NCBI GenBank assembly: GCA_964016885.1
Contig: OZ024753.1
Span: 8,680,001-8,744,000 of the forward strand
Length of the DNA: 64,000 bases
Reading direction: 5' to 3'
Origin: Eledone cirrhosa
Taxonomy: Eukaryota
The translations under genes were made by a program, and so were the position numbers. The notes beneath the pieces are model-generated. The model was not told the DNA's origin and made no database searches. It saw only the letters and a program-made list of their open reading frames with translations. This document shows positions 1 through 13,181 of this stretch, piece after piece. The first letter of the stretch is position 1, and each line of letters opens with the position of its first letter.

Positions 1-436
1 ATAATATATATATAATAAATGGCATAGCATTTACATATATACATACGTATATATAAATATATATGTATATATAATATATATGTATATAATATATATGTAA
101 TAAATGGCATAACATTTACATATATATGTATATATATATATGTATATATAATATATGTATATCATAAATAGCATAGCATTTACATATATATATACGTATA
201 TATATATGTATATATAATATAATATATATATCATAAATAGCATAGCATTTACATATATATATATACGTATATATATATGTATATATAATATAATATATAT
301 ATAATAAATGGCAATGCATTTACATATATACATACGTATATATATGTATATATAATATAATATATATATAATAAATGGCATAGCATTAACATATATACAT
401 ACGTATATACACATAGATATATATATATATATATAA
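1..436. repeat. (TA)n-based complex minisatellite with ataaatagcatagcatttac units; resumes at 660-1170
   Basis: Recurrent aaat(a/g)gcatagcatttaca motif separated by TA runs. Confidence 0.9.
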
Positions 437-437
437 T

Positions 438-655
438 GTGAAGGCGTGTGGCTGAGTGGTTAGAGAACTGGATTCGCAATCGTGAGGTTGTGAGTTCGAT
501 TCCTGGACCAGGCGATGTTATGTCCTTTAGCAAGACACTTTATTTCACGTTGCTCCTTCTACCTGGAGTTGCGACCGATAGATAGTACTAGCAATTGGAA
601 AGACCAACGGAAACATTGTTTCCTCGGTCCAATTTGACGAAAGTCGATCGTTTCT
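438..655 (+). mobile_element. tRNA-derived SINE with Meta/CORE-like central domain
   Basis: A box TGGCTGAGTGG, B box GAGTTCGATTCC, then tgtcctttagcaagacactttatttcacgttgctcc; homologous copy on the minus strand at about 12950-13160. Confidence 0.85.
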
Positions 656-862
656 TATATGTAATAAATAGCATAGCATATACAGATGCATACATATACA
701 TCTGTATATATAATATAATATAATATATATAATAAATAGCATACATATATACACATCTATACATGTACAGATGTATATATAATATAATATATATATAATA
801 AATAGCATAGCATATGCATACAAATACATATGTATATATAATATATATATAATAAATAGCAT

Positions 863-900
<38 letters not shown>

Positions 901-1774
901 TACATATACATATGTATATAAAATATAAATATATATAATATAATATATAACATCCCATATATATACATGCATACATATACATATGTATATAAAATAGAAA
1001 TATATATATAATGTATAGCATACACATATACACATGCATTCATATACATATATACATACATATACATACATACATATATACACATCCATTCATATACATA
1101 TATACACATACACACATATATACACATACATACAATATATACACATGCATTCATATACATATATACATACATATGATGGCTGCCCCCTCGTTAGCGAGTA
1201 TGGCCATTGCACGAGGAGAAAAAAACAAAAAAATAAAATATAAAAGCAATTTTACATACATATACATATATATATACACATAAATAAAAAAAAGAAGAAA
1301 TTTTACATACATATACATACATACCTATATACACATCCATTCATATACATATATACACGTACATACAATATATACACATGGATTCATATACATATATACA
1401 TACACACATGCACATCATCATATACAATATATATACATGCATTCATATACATATATACATACATATGATGGCTGCCCCCTCGTTATCGAGTATGGCCATT
1501 GCACGAGGAGAAAAAAAAAAAAATAAAAAAAAAAATAAAATAAAAAAGAAATTTTACATACATATACATACATACATATATACACATCCATTCATATACA
1601 TATATACACATACATACATATATACACATAAAAAAAAAGAAATTTTACATACATATACATACATACCTATATACACATCCATTCATATACATATATACAC
1701 ATACACACATATATACACGTACATACAATATATACACATGGATTCATATACATATATACATACACACATGCACA

Positions 1775-1936
1775 TCATCATAATCATCATCCTTATCTTC
1801 TTCCACACTTGCATGGGTACGATGAGCTGTCTCTTTGTGAGAGATCTGGTCGTAGAACCATGTTTCACTCACACAAAACTGATTTTGGATTGGTTTCTAT
1901 GGCAAGATGCCCTTCCTAATGTCAACCACATTTACA
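1775..1936 (-). mobile_element. 3' end of an RTE-related LINE/SINE with (GAT)n tail
   Basis: catcatcat...ttccacacttgcatggg...gatgcccttcctaatgtcaaccacatttaca matches 62654-62815. Confidence 0.7.
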
Positions 1937-3285
1937 TGACACCCACATGACCACTTTACAGTGTCGACCGAGTGCTTTTTGTTATGACACCTACATGACC
2001 ACTTTACAGTGTGGTCCGAGTGCTTTTTGTTGTGACACCCACATGAGCACTTTACAGTGTCGACCGAGTGCTTTTTGTTATGACACTTACATGACCACTT
2101 TACAGTGTGGTCCGAGTGCTTTTTGTTGTGACACCTATACGACCACTTTACAGTGTCGACCGAGTGCTTTTTGTTGTGACACCTACATGACCACTTTACA
2201 GTGTGGTCCGAGTGTTTTTTGTTGTGACACCTATATGACCACTTTACAGTGTCGACCGAGTGCTTTTTGTTGTGACACCCACATGACCACTTTACAGTGT
2301 GGTCCGAGTGCTTTTTGTTGTGACACCCACATGAGCACTTTACAGTGTTGACCGAGTGCTTTTTGTTGTGACACCCACATGAGCACTTTACAGTGTAGTC
2401 TGAGTGCTTTTTGTTATGACACCTACATGACCACTTTACAGTGTGGTCCGAGTGTTTTTTGCTGTGACACCTATACGACCACTTTACAGTGTCGACCGAG
2501 TGCTTTTTGTTGTGACACCCACATGACCACTTTACAGTGTGGTCCGAGTGTTTTTTGTTGTGACACCTATACGACCACTTTACAGTGTCGACTGAGTGCT
2601 TTTTGTTGTGACACCCACATGACCACTTTACAGTGTGGTCCGAGTGTTTTTTGTTGTGACACCTATATGACCACTTTACAGTGTCGACCGAGTGCTTTTT
2701 GTTATGACACCAACATGACCACTTCACAGTGCGGTTCGAGTGCTTTTTGTTGTGACACCTATACGACCACTTTACAGTGTGGACTGGGTACTTTTTGTTA
2801 TGACACCTACATGACCACTTTACAGTGTCGACCGAGTGCTTTTTGTTGTGACACCCACATGAGCACTTTACAGTGTTGACCGAGTGCTTTTTGTTGTGAC
2901 ACCCACATGAGCACTTTACAGTGTGGTCTGAGTGCTTTTTGTTGTGACACCTATACGACCACTTTACAGTGTCGACCGAGTGCTTTTTGTTATGACACCT
3001 ACATGACCACTTTACAGTGTGGGCTGGGCACATTTTGCCGTGACTCCTATACAACCATTTTACAGTGTGCGCTGGGCACTTTTTGTTGTGACACCTGTAC
3101 GACCACTTTATAGTGTGCGCTGGGTACTTTTTGTTGTGACACCTACATGACCACTTTACAGCATGGGCTGGGCACTTTTTGTTGTGACACCTACATGACC
3201 ACTTTACAGTGTGGGCTGGGCACTTTTTGTTGTGACTCCTATACGACCATTTTACGGTGTGGGCTGGGCACATTTTGTCGTGTAT
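1937..3285. repeat. 48-bp minisatellite, about 28 copies
   Basis: Unit gacacctacatgaccactttacagtgtggtccgagtgctttttgttgt; 16-aa periodicity in the ORF track. Confidence 0.95.
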
Positions 3286-3964
3286 ATTTATCTGAAATCC
3301 TTTCATCATAATCTCATGTAAGAAACTTTAATTTATGCTTCAATCAACATATTAATTATGAGTTAACTCTATTTCTAACTCTTCAAATTTTCCATTATTT
3401 TCATAATTATTTGAAAATCACTGTCAGTGTCATTCATTAGAAATATATTAACAAAAGTGTTAAATGATGGTTGACATGCTGAGAGGGCTACAAGTGCTGC
3501 CTCTGGGTCACAGAAGATTTTGTAATAAGCTTTATTGACATTTTAACACTTTTGACACTAAACTGCATGAAACTGCCCCTGGATCTTTTTACACAAAGCT
3601 CTTTCTCTTAAAGTGTTTATGTTTATCTAAAATCTTTCCATCATAATTTTATGTAAGAACCCTTAAGCTACGTTCCAATTGCCAGATTAATTATGACAAA
3701 GTTAACTATATTACTCAATCTCTTCAAATTCTTTATTATTTTCAAAATGATTTGAAAATTCTAAACAATTAGAAATATCGAAAAAAAGAGGTTTAAATAT
3801 TTCCCTTTCTATTTTTCTAAATTTATTATTAACGATCACGATTAGTGGATGAAACGGAGAACTTTAATTTTATCACTACACTTTCTGTTCCTGATAGACA
3901 ACAAAATGGGGTTGCCTTTATGCACACACTTGACCTGCTAGAAATAACAACTAGTTATCTTTCA

Positions 3965-4055
3965 GATCACATTCTACTATCTTTTGACAGCTAGATCTGA
4001 TCTAACCGTTGAAACGGCTGGAACTCAGCCGTCGGGGTCCTGAATCTTTTCTTAC
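3965..4055 (+). mobile_element. Truncated copy of the GUC-hammerhead family (3' half only)
   Basis: gaaacggctggaactcagccgtcggggtcc matches 20022-20050. Confidence 0.65.
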
Positions 4056-4099
4056 ATACATACACACACACACACACATATATATACATATATATATAT

Positions 4100-4718
4100 A
4101 GTATAAAAGAGAAAACACAGGTAAGCATTAAGAGAAGGATTTTATCCAGGTATTTACGACCGTTTCATTGGTAAGTGCAACCTTATATAGCTATACTGCA
4201 AATAGCTGTGAACAACAATTATAATTGAGTGGCTGCTATTTATAACTTATAACAGTTACTGGTGTGTATGAATATAACAAGACACTAGGTTGTGTATATA
4301 AAGTTTAATTAACAAGTTGAAGTTATGTAGAACAGAATTGTTGACATGTCAATGGGTAGATGAAAGAATGAAGTAAAGTTATTTGTTACCGTTTTGAAGT
4401 TAGCTCGCAATAGACCATGATAGGGTTGCCAATTATAATTGTTGTTCACCTGTGAACAACAATTATAATTGAGTGGCTGCTATTTGCAGTATAGCAATAT
4501 CAGGTTGCACTTACCAATGAAACGGTCATAAATACCTGGATAAAATCCTTCTCTTAATGCCTTCCTGTGTTTTCTCTTTTATACTTTATACTCCAAGATT
4601 GAACGGAATTCTTACAAACTTGTGGAGTTACTCCTAACCGTACGTTGAAACCATCCATGAAACTGGCTTTCTTAACCAAGAACTGGATCACAATAAGCAA
4701 TTATTTGCTTTTCTAACT
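4100..4718 (+). mobile_element. Palindromic Penelope-like pLTR-type remnant with single-copy tail, in (TA)n
   Basis: About 105-bp inverted arms (4100-4206 and 4479-4585), then a unique tail to 4718 with the ACTC...GAGT hairpin; TA runs on both sides. Confidence 0.7.
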
Positions 4719-5054
4719 ATATATATTTATATATTTGTGCTTACATGTGTGCATGCACTCACAGACACATATTCTGGCATCTCTACAACAAAACTAAAGA
4801 GTCCTTTCTACTCTACATTGGTTTCATTCAATGACCAATCATTTTATTGTGTGTATTGGGGCCATTTAACATGGCACCAACACTAGAAAGTTTACCTTGT
4901 TCTCTGCGTGGCTAAACAGTCTTCTCCACTTTACATAGTAACTGTTCATTCATGGCAGATATGACTGAAAGTACCTTTCTATAGGGGAGTGATGACCAAG
5001 TTGTTTATAATGGAGAGAGAGATAGAGTATGACAGATATGTGAGAGAGAGAGGA

Positions 5055-5108
<54 letters not shown>

Positions 5109-5332
5109 TCATGAATAAGATACACATTTAGATAAATGGAGAAAATTACATTTCTTCATATATGATGGGTTGTCCCTTAGGTTAGTTTATATATATATGT
5201 GTATATATATATATATATATACATATATATTTATATCTATATATATATTTATATATATATAATATATATATATATATGCACATACATATATATTTATATC
5301 TATATATATATATACATACATACATATATATG

Positions 5333-5390
<58 letters not shown>

Positions 5391-5405
5391 TATATTTATA
5401 TATAT

Positions 5406-5458
<53 letters not shown>

Positions 5459-5470
5459 CATTTATACATA

Positions 5471-5512
<42 letters not shown>

Positions 5513-5877
5513 TACACCGCACACACACACACACACACACACATACATACATACACATATACACTATACACACATATGCTTATATATAGATATTGTTTCA
5601 TTAATTCCTTTATCAAGACCAGGTAGGGAACACCTCTGGGTGTTGTACATCATACAAGCATGTCTCAGATAATGAGATAATGTGATCGAAAAATCAGTAT
5701 CTGAAAATTACAAAGAAAAGAGAGAGGAAATATTTGTTTACTCTACTCTGGCATATGTATTTCATAAACTCTACAGAAATCTTCAAAGTAATTCTGACTG
5801 ACATCTCTATTGAAGGACATTAATCATTGCAGCTGACCAAACCATCTTATATTTTAAATAACCAACTTAGAGCCACA

Positions 5878-6560
5878 ATAATAATTGTTTCTACTTTAGG
5901 CACAAGGCCAGCAATTAATCAGTACATTACTGGTACTTTATTTTATCGACTCCCCCATAAGGATGAAAGGCAAAGTTAACCTCAGCGGGATTTGAACTCA
6001 GACCATAAAGGGCCACAAAAATAATTTTTTCTGATTTAGGCACAAGGCCAACAATTTTGAGAGCAGAGGAAAGAAGATTAAATTGACCCCAGTGTATTAC
6101 TGGTTCTTTATTTTATCGACCCTGTAAGGATGAAAGGCAAAGTTAACCTCGGCAGGATTTGAACTCAGAATGGCAAGGGCTGTAATTCTATGCGTCAAAG
6201 TATGGCATCCGACCCTCTACCGATACTGCCAATCCACTAACCACAATAATAATAATTGTTTCTACTTTTGGCACAAGGCCAGCAATTACCCAGTGTATTA
6301 CTGGTACTTTATTTTATCGACCCTGTAAGGATGAAAGGCAAAGTCAACCTCGGCGGGATTTGAACTCAGATCGTAAAGGGACGTAACTATGCTGGAAAGC
6401 ATGGCGTCCGACCCTCTACCGTTACTGCCAATCCACCGCAATAATAATAATGATTTCTGATTTAAGCACAAGGTAATGACCATCTCGGGAAAGGAAAAAT
6501 GGATTAAATGAACCCCAGTACATTACTGGTGCTTTATTTTATTGACGACATAAAGATGAC
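5878..6560 (-). mobile_element. Tandem cluster of 3-4 tRNA-derived Nin-domain-type SINEs
   Basis: Reverse complement of gagttcaaatccc...ttgcctttcatccttacggggtcgataaaataaagtaccag...ggccttgtgcc with (TTA)n tails. Confidence 0.85.
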
Positions 6561-6650
6561 AAGCAAAACGAACCACAATAATAATAATAATAACAACATC
6601 TACAACAGTAATAGTAATAAATGAAGAAGGAAGGGAAATGAGATGATCAC

Positions 6651-7395
6651 CAGATCAAACCAAAGAAACAATGTTCCTTTCAGTCTTTCCATAGCCAATA
6701 CTATCTGCTAGTTGCAACTTCTAGCAGAAGGAACCACAATATGATGTCTGGCAGAGCTAATTGTCAGATCAAACCAAAGAAACAATGTTCCTTTCAGTCT
6801 TTCCATAGCCAATACTATCTGCTAGTTGCAACTTCTAGCAGAAGGAACCACAATATGATGTCTGGCAGAGCTAATTGTCAGATCAAACCAAAGAAACAAT
6901 GTTCCTTTCAGTCTTTCCATAGCCAATACTATCTGCTAGTTGCAACTTCTAGCAGAAGGAACCACAATATGATGTCTGCCAGAGCTAATTGCCAGATCAA
7001 ACCAAAGAAACAATGTTCCTTTCAGTCTTTCCATAGCCAATACTATCTGCTAGTTGCAACTTCTAGATGTCTGGCAGAGCTAATTACCAGATCAAACCAA
7101 AGAAACAATGTTCCTTTCAGTCTTTCCATAGCCAATACTATCGGCTAGTTGCAACTTCTAGCAGAAGGAACCACAATATGATGTCTGGCAGAGCTAATTG
7201 CCAGATCAAACCAAAGAAACAATGTTCCTTTCAGTCTTTCCATAGCTAGTACTATCTGCTAGTTGCAATTTCTAGCAGAAGGAACCACAATATGATGTCT
7301 GGCAGAGCTAATTGTCAGATCAAACCAAAGAAACAATGTTCCTTTCAGTCTTTCCATAGCCAATACTATCTGCTAGTTGCAACTTCTAGCAGAAG
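6651..7395. repeat. 114-bp tandem repeat, about 6.5 copies, derived from a SINE 3' region
   Basis: cagatcaaaccaaag recurs at 6651, 6765, 6879, 6993, 7088, 7202 and 7316; the unit resembles the reverse complement of 555-630. Confidence 0.9.
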
Positions 7396-7807
7396 CTACA
7401 TGATATAAAGTATTTTGTCTTAGAAGACAGTGTGTTGCCTGACGACGAAATCAAACACACAATCTTATGATCTTCACTTTAACACACTAACCACTATACC
7501 ACATGTATTCACAACATCAAAATATAATTTTTCCTTAAATTCCACCAGCATTCTATTATTTGTTATCAAGGGCAATACTCTTTATATATTTAATTCATAA
7601 TATATGTATTTTAAGGACTATTTCTTATTTCAGTCAATGGTTTAGTTTATCTTGGTATAAATAGGTATTGTGATTTGGTTTAACTCACCATTCAAGCAAC
7701 TTGAGTATAAATGACAAAAGTTTTCAATAATATATGGTTCTCTTATGGGACTTGATCGCAATAGAAATGGTTTACATTGCGCTTGTATTTTGACCAATAC
7801 TAAAGTT

Positions 7808-8140
7808 AAAGTGACAAATTGGCAGAATCATTAGAACATCAGATAGAATGCTTTGTGGTATTAGTTCCGGCTCTTTGCTCTCTGAGTTTAAATCCCACCG
7901 AGGTCAACTTTGCCTTTACTACTTTCAAGGTCAATAAAAAAAAGTACCAGTCAAGAACTGGAATAAATTCTTTCTTTATATCTCCTTTTAACTTCCTCTC
8001 TCTCACTTTCTATCCTTCTCTGGAAGAGGAATCGGCTCCAGAGCTGGAGAGGAATGGGCTCTGCAAGGCTTAAAATGCCCAAGAAACGTCATACGCCACA
8101 AGGGCGCACTTGGCAACCTCCTAAGGAGTTACAGGATTTA
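7808..8140 (+). mobile_element. Nin-type SINE with an alternative tail
   Basis: ttggcagaatc A box, gagtttaaatccc B box, Nin-like core; the tail ctggaagag...atgggctctgc also occurs near 17290 and 62290. Confidence 0.65.
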
Positions 8141-8652
8141 AAAGAAAAGAAAAAACAAACAGAGTAGTAAATTATAAACATAGCCTGAACGAATTAGCTG
8201 GTCTCAGGAAAAGAGACTATTCGCTTCATAATAACCATTTAAAACCATCGGTATTGTAAAACATTCTATTCAAATTGTGTTAGAGGATTTTTTAAATAAA
8301 ATAATAGCTTTCATTGTAAATTTGATGTTGCTAACATTTATCATAATTTTCTATGATGAGAATACAAAAAAATACAATACTTAGTGAAATAGAGAGACGG
8401 ACATCAAATTTATTCTGGCATTGTGTGGCTAATAGGTATATCTGAAAGGGAAACAGAATTCATTGAAACAGATTCATTAAACACAATAAGATGCCAGACC
8501 ATAATTATTAAAGATTTACTTAAAAGTAGTAACTCTAAATTAATTTTTAGCAGTTACTAAAGTTTCTAAATCAAAATCTTACTCTTTCAAAGTAGAATGT
8601 ATATTTATATCATTCACACCTCTCTTCTTTCTTTTTCTTTTTCTCTCTCTAA

Positions 8653-8683
<31 letters not shown>

Positions 8684-9412
8684 TATATATATACTGTTAC
8701 ATAACTCTCTGCCTCTATCTATCTCTCTCTCTCATTCCCTCTCACCCACAGACACATATATATATATATATATCATTATACATCTCTCTCTCTCTCTCCC
8801 ACATACACACACACATATATATATATATATACATATCATTATACATGTCTCTCTCTCTCTCTTTCTCTCATTCCCTCTCTCCCACATACACACACATATA
8901 TATATATACATATCATTATACATCTCTCTCTCTCTCATTCCCTCTCTCCCACATACACACATACACACACACACACATATATATATATCATTATACATCT
9001 CTCTCTCTCTCTCTCTCTCATTCCCTCTCTCCCACATACACACATATATATATCATTATACATCTCTCCCCCCCCCCCTCTCTCACAGACACATACACAC
9101 ACCTGGCCTTATACTAGAATACTTTCTATTATATTAGCAATTTAAGTTATTTATTAAATAGAAAGTTTTATAAATTAATCATTTCAGGGTTCAAATTGTT
9201 CTCAAGAACAGTTTTGTTTTGTTCAAACCAGCAACAAACAAACACTAATAAAACTACCAAGATATCCCATATATTTATTCTCCCTTCTCTCTCAATGCTC
9301 CCTATCTTTTCCCCCTCTCCCTCCCACTGTTACCTTCTTCCTTCCCCTTTCTACTTACACCAATATTCTTCCTTTCTCGTGACGACTTGGAGTCGATCAG
9401 ACACACTCCATT

Positions 9413-9445
<33 letters not shown>

Positions 9446-9449
9446 AACC

Positions 9450-9965
9450 TGTCCCAACGTAAACAATATATGAACGAAAATATTTATTTCTCTGTTACAA
9501 GCCTCCTATTCTCTGCAGGCATCTCATTAATTTGTCGAAACTGCTGCAGGCTGAGATCTGAGGAGCATATTTTAATGTTTGTGACATGTTCACTTTCATA
9601 CATTCTTTTTCCTCCATCCTATCTTCTCTTCCTTCCTTCGTGTCAACTCACATCGAGCTGCTGATCTCTGTCCTTCGAGGTAATATTTTACCCAACGCTG
9701 CTTTGACGGCATTTTCCTGTTCTAACAGCTTCCATATGCTGAATTTTCCTCTTTTCCTGAGAATCCTAATACACTCGCGTCTCAAAACTTTATTTTCAAG
9801 TAAATTTGTTTATATACTCATATGCTTGTTTTGTTTGTCCTCTTTTACCATAAACCTCATCTGAAGTGGCTCCTTTAGTCGTAACTATCAATATATGTTG
9901 CGCCCCAAACTCACTTATAATGTCTTGGCCCCTCCAGAGTATGAGTTTCTACATCTTTGTGGAAG
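9450..9965. repeat. Unclassified interspersed repeat; diverged partial copy at 48779-49039
   Basis: gagatctga(g/t)gagcatattttaatgtttgtgac...gtccttcgaggtaatattttacccaac is shared by both loci. Confidence 0.75.
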
Positions 9966-10029
9966 GATAGCATAAAAGTCACCTATGCATTGAAGTCTCC
10001 CCTCTCCATGTGACACCAATATTTTCCAA

Positions 10030-10430
10030 AGGAAACGGCAAAGACTGACACACCTAGGTACCAGAGTCATTGCAATTTATTATTTCCAGATGAATTAACT
10101 GGAGCAACTAGAAATAAAGTCTCTTGCTCAAAGACACAACACTTTACTCAGTAAAGGAATAAACTCATGAAATTACAGTTGTTATCCTAGCACCATAACC
10201 ACTGAGCTATCTGCCTTCATCCCAGCACCATAACCACTGAGCTATCTGCCTTCATCCCAGCACCATAACCACTGAGATATCTGCCTTCATCCCAGCACCA
10301 TAACCACTGAGCTATCTGCCTTCATCCCAGCACCATAACCACTGAGCTATCTGCCTTCATCCCAGCACCATAACCACTGAGCTATCTGCCTTCATCCCAG
10401 CACCACAACCACTGAGCTATCTGCCTTCAC
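10030..10430 (-). mobile_element. Meta-type SINE whose first 35 nt are tandemly amplified 7 times
   Basis: gaaataaagtctcttgctcaaagacacaac core, then (cccagcaccataaccactgagctatctgccttcat)x7 at 10186-10430. Confidence 0.85.
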
Positions 10431-10501
10431 ATGAGGGAACAAGTTGCTCATTAGAATGGACCAAAGAGACAATGTTTCCATTGTTTGGTACTATCTGCTG
10501 G

Positions 10502-10802
10502 TTGATCCCTTTAGCATTTAAACCCACCGTATCCAGCCAGGATTCTCTCACCTCTTTTTGTTCAAACCAACTGTAACTTGCCACTCATACTGATGTTAAG
10601 GTGTTGTTCTCAAAATAGATAACATCAAAATTCTCGTAGATTCTATATTCTGTGAGATAATTATGTGAGATAAAGCCTTTACTACAAAAATAACTGTTTC
10701 TACTTTAGGCACAAGGCCAGCAATTACCCAGTGCATTACTGGTACTTTACTACAAAAATAACAATAGTATATATCAAGTAATGTAATAATGTAAATGGTA
10801 AA
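10502..10802. mobile_element. Degraded piggyBac-type MITE with a SINE fragment inside
   Basis: ccctttagcatttaaacc start; body matches 21385-21602. Confidence 0.7.
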
Positions 10803-10920
10803 ATCTTTCCAGATTCTGTTGGCAAGCGAAAAGCATGGATGCAATTATTTCCTTCTGGTTGAGACACTAAAAACTAAACAACACACACTCTCTCTTTCTA
10901 TATATATATGGTAGTTGAAG

Positions 10921-11360
10921 TGGTGGTGGTGGTGGCAACAATATACCGGAAGTGCAACTTTGAAAAGAAGTCAATTTTAAATTATTTATTTTTACGAAAT
11001 TATTTTTGTTTACGAAATTTAGTAGATAAATTATGTAATATTCATTCATTATTTATTCAAAGTAATCCAACTTATTTTACTAACGGGATAAAAAAAAATA
11101 AACTGTACGCAGTCCCGCAGACCTTCCTTTATTATAGTTTAGGTGGTGGTGGCAACAATATACCGGAAGTGCAACTTTGAAAAGAAGTCAATTTTAAATT
11201 ATTTATTTTTACGAAATCATTTTTGTTTACGAAATTTAGTAGATAAATTATGTAATATTCTTTCATTATTTATTCAAAGTAATCCAACTTATTTTACTAA
11301 CGGGATAAAAAAACAAAAACAAACGCAGTCCCGCAGACCTTCCTTTATTATAGTTTAGAT
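10921..11360 (-). mobile_element. Tandemly duplicated 210-220-bp fragment resembling a Helitron 5' end
   Basis: Two near-identical units; the minus strand begins a/TCTAAACTATAATAAAG; related copy at 36743-36872. Confidence 0.5.
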
Positions 11361-11464
11361 TACTGTATTTTGAGCTGTTTTAACATCTCCACCTACCTCC
11401 TTCCATTTTTTTTATTGTTTTTGTAAAAAACGATAATTTTTTCATATATATATATATATATATA

Positions 11465-11672
11465 TAAGGGTCGGCTAAAAAGTTCATAGGCTGACCAAGA
11501 TATTCTCATGGAATGATCAAATGAGGGTTTTAGAACATAGTCCCTGGAAAGAAACAATGCTGTTTTTAATAAAATAAAAAAAAACGTGTTGAAATTAATG
11601 CATGCAAGATTTCACAGTTCTATCATCGCTCCATCATAGTCAGCCTTTGAACATTTCAGTCTACCCTCTTAT
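11465..11672. mobile_element. Tc1/mariner-type MITE
   Basis: Imperfect TIRs agggtcggctaaaaagttcataggctgac and gtcagcctttgaacatttcagtctaccct, in a TA context. Confidence 0.7.
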
Positions 11673-11872
11673 GTATGTATATATATATATATAAATTTTG
11701 AGTATATGTTGATTGTTTGCCGACACCTCAGTATGTACCTGTCTTTCCCACACCAATCCGGACTGCCTGAAGAGGTCACAGCAAATGATGGCTGTCACCG
11801 AAATATATATAGCAGTATATCTATAATTTATAATAAACAAAGCCAAATTTTACATATTTGACTTAATTATTT

Positions 11873-11906
<34 letters not shown>

Positions 11907-12262
11907 TATAATGTCAGCTGGGTTTTGAGGAGCTGCATCAAAACCCACCTAGGAGATATCACATGTTGAACAAAAGAATACACAATAGATGTCTGATGAG
12001 GTTGCATCTATTACATAATAGATACTGTTGAAATATAACTAATAAATTAATCAACAAAATAATGTAAGATTCAAGCACACTGGCAGACCCTGAGTTATAT
12101 CATGGGGATGAGGGTAACCACAGTTAAAAAAGGTATATATTAGTTTAGGAGAGTGTAAGTATCCTTATTTAATATAGAAATGGCTTCTACAATTTTTATG
12201 AATGAAATGGTTCTAGTTTAATAGAAGACATTTCTATATTAAATAATGTTATGTATATATAT

Positions 12263-12573
12263 ATGGCTTAGTGCTTAGAGCATTGACATTGCAATCGAAA
12301 GATTGTGAGTTCAATTCTCAGACCAGGTAATGTGTTGTGTCCTTGAGCAAGACACTTTATTTCACATTTATCCAGTTTACTCAGCTGTAGAAATGAGATG
12401 TGGAGGTGCCACTGCAAAGTGGTCGTGGAGGTGCCACGGCAAAAAAGCACCCAGCACTCACTGTAAATGATGTTGGTGATATGAAGGGCATCCAGCTGTA
12501 GAAAACAAGCCAGAATCAGTTCCCGTCCCACCCTTGCAAGTAGGGAAAAAGCAGATGTAAAATGATGATGATG
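12263..12573 (+). mobile_element. tRNA/Meta SINE with RTE-derived tail
   Basis: Same family as 30650-30990, 33545-33890 and 47743-48072; (GAT)n tail. Confidence 0.85.
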
Positions 12574-12630
12574 TGTGTGTGTATATATATATATATATAT
12601 TTACATACACACATACATACACTCACTTAC

Positions 12631-12712
12631 ATTGGGTTGTAACATAAATTCCCGCCATGTTTTAATGAAGAACTTCCATAACAACGGCGGGAAGTTGTGT
12701 TTCAACCCAATA
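12631..12712. mobile_element. Miniature mariner-like MITE
   Basis: attgggttgtaacataaattcccgcc and ggcgggaagttgtgtttcaacccaat are inverted ends. Confidence 0.6.
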
Positions 12713-12824
12713 AGATAAATGTTTCCAAAGATTTACCCCCCCCCCCCTATACAGCTACTATTACCCTCAAAATTAAAGTCAGGAATATAACTTTAAATCA
12801 ATTTTTACTTTACTTTGCTCGCAG

Positions 12825-12851
12825 ATGATAAAACACTTCCTCTCAGTCCAG
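12825..12851 (+). CDS. Candidate 27-nt microexon; phase 1-1 reading xDKTLPLSPx
   Basis: Polypyrimidine tract tttttactttactttgctcgcAG, exon ATGATAAAACACTTCCTCTCAGTCCAG, perfect donor CAG/GTAAGT; length divisible by 3; unique sequence. Confidence 0.6.
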
Positions 12852-12949
12852 GTAAGTTCCTCGAGCTGTATTATTAAATTTTGCCTTGTATATATTCATA
12901 AGTGCATACACACACACACTCTCACACACACACACATATATATATATCG

Positions 12950-13160
12950 ACAGACTTTCTTCAAATCGAACTGAGGAAACAATGTTTCCGTTGGTCTTTC
13001 CAATTGCTAATACTATCTACCGGTTGCAAATCCAGGTAGAAATAGCAATGTGAAATAAAGTGTCTTGCTCAAGGAAAAAACACATTACCCATTCTGGGAA
13101 TCGAACACACAACCTCACAATTGCATATCCAATTCTCTAACCACACTTGACCATGCATCT
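12950..13160 (-). mobile_element. tRNA/Meta SINE, same family as 438-655
   Basis: gaggaaacaatgtttccgttggtctttccaattgcta...gaaataaagtgtcttgctcaagga...ggaatcgaac. Confidence 0.85.
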
Positions 13161-13181
13161 TCTATATATATATATATATAT

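Noticed and set aside
438-512. tRNA genes at SINE heads
   Set aside because: They run directly into SINE cores and lack intact cloverleaves.
1897-3309. 470-aa Cys/His/Lys-rich ORF resembling a metal-binding repeat protein
   Set aside because: It is the translation of a 48-bp minisatellite derived from a retroelement tail; long frames are open on both strands.
10186-10430. 35-bp direct repeats of CRISPR-like length
   Set aside because: No spacers, eukaryotic context, and the unit is a SINE 5' end.
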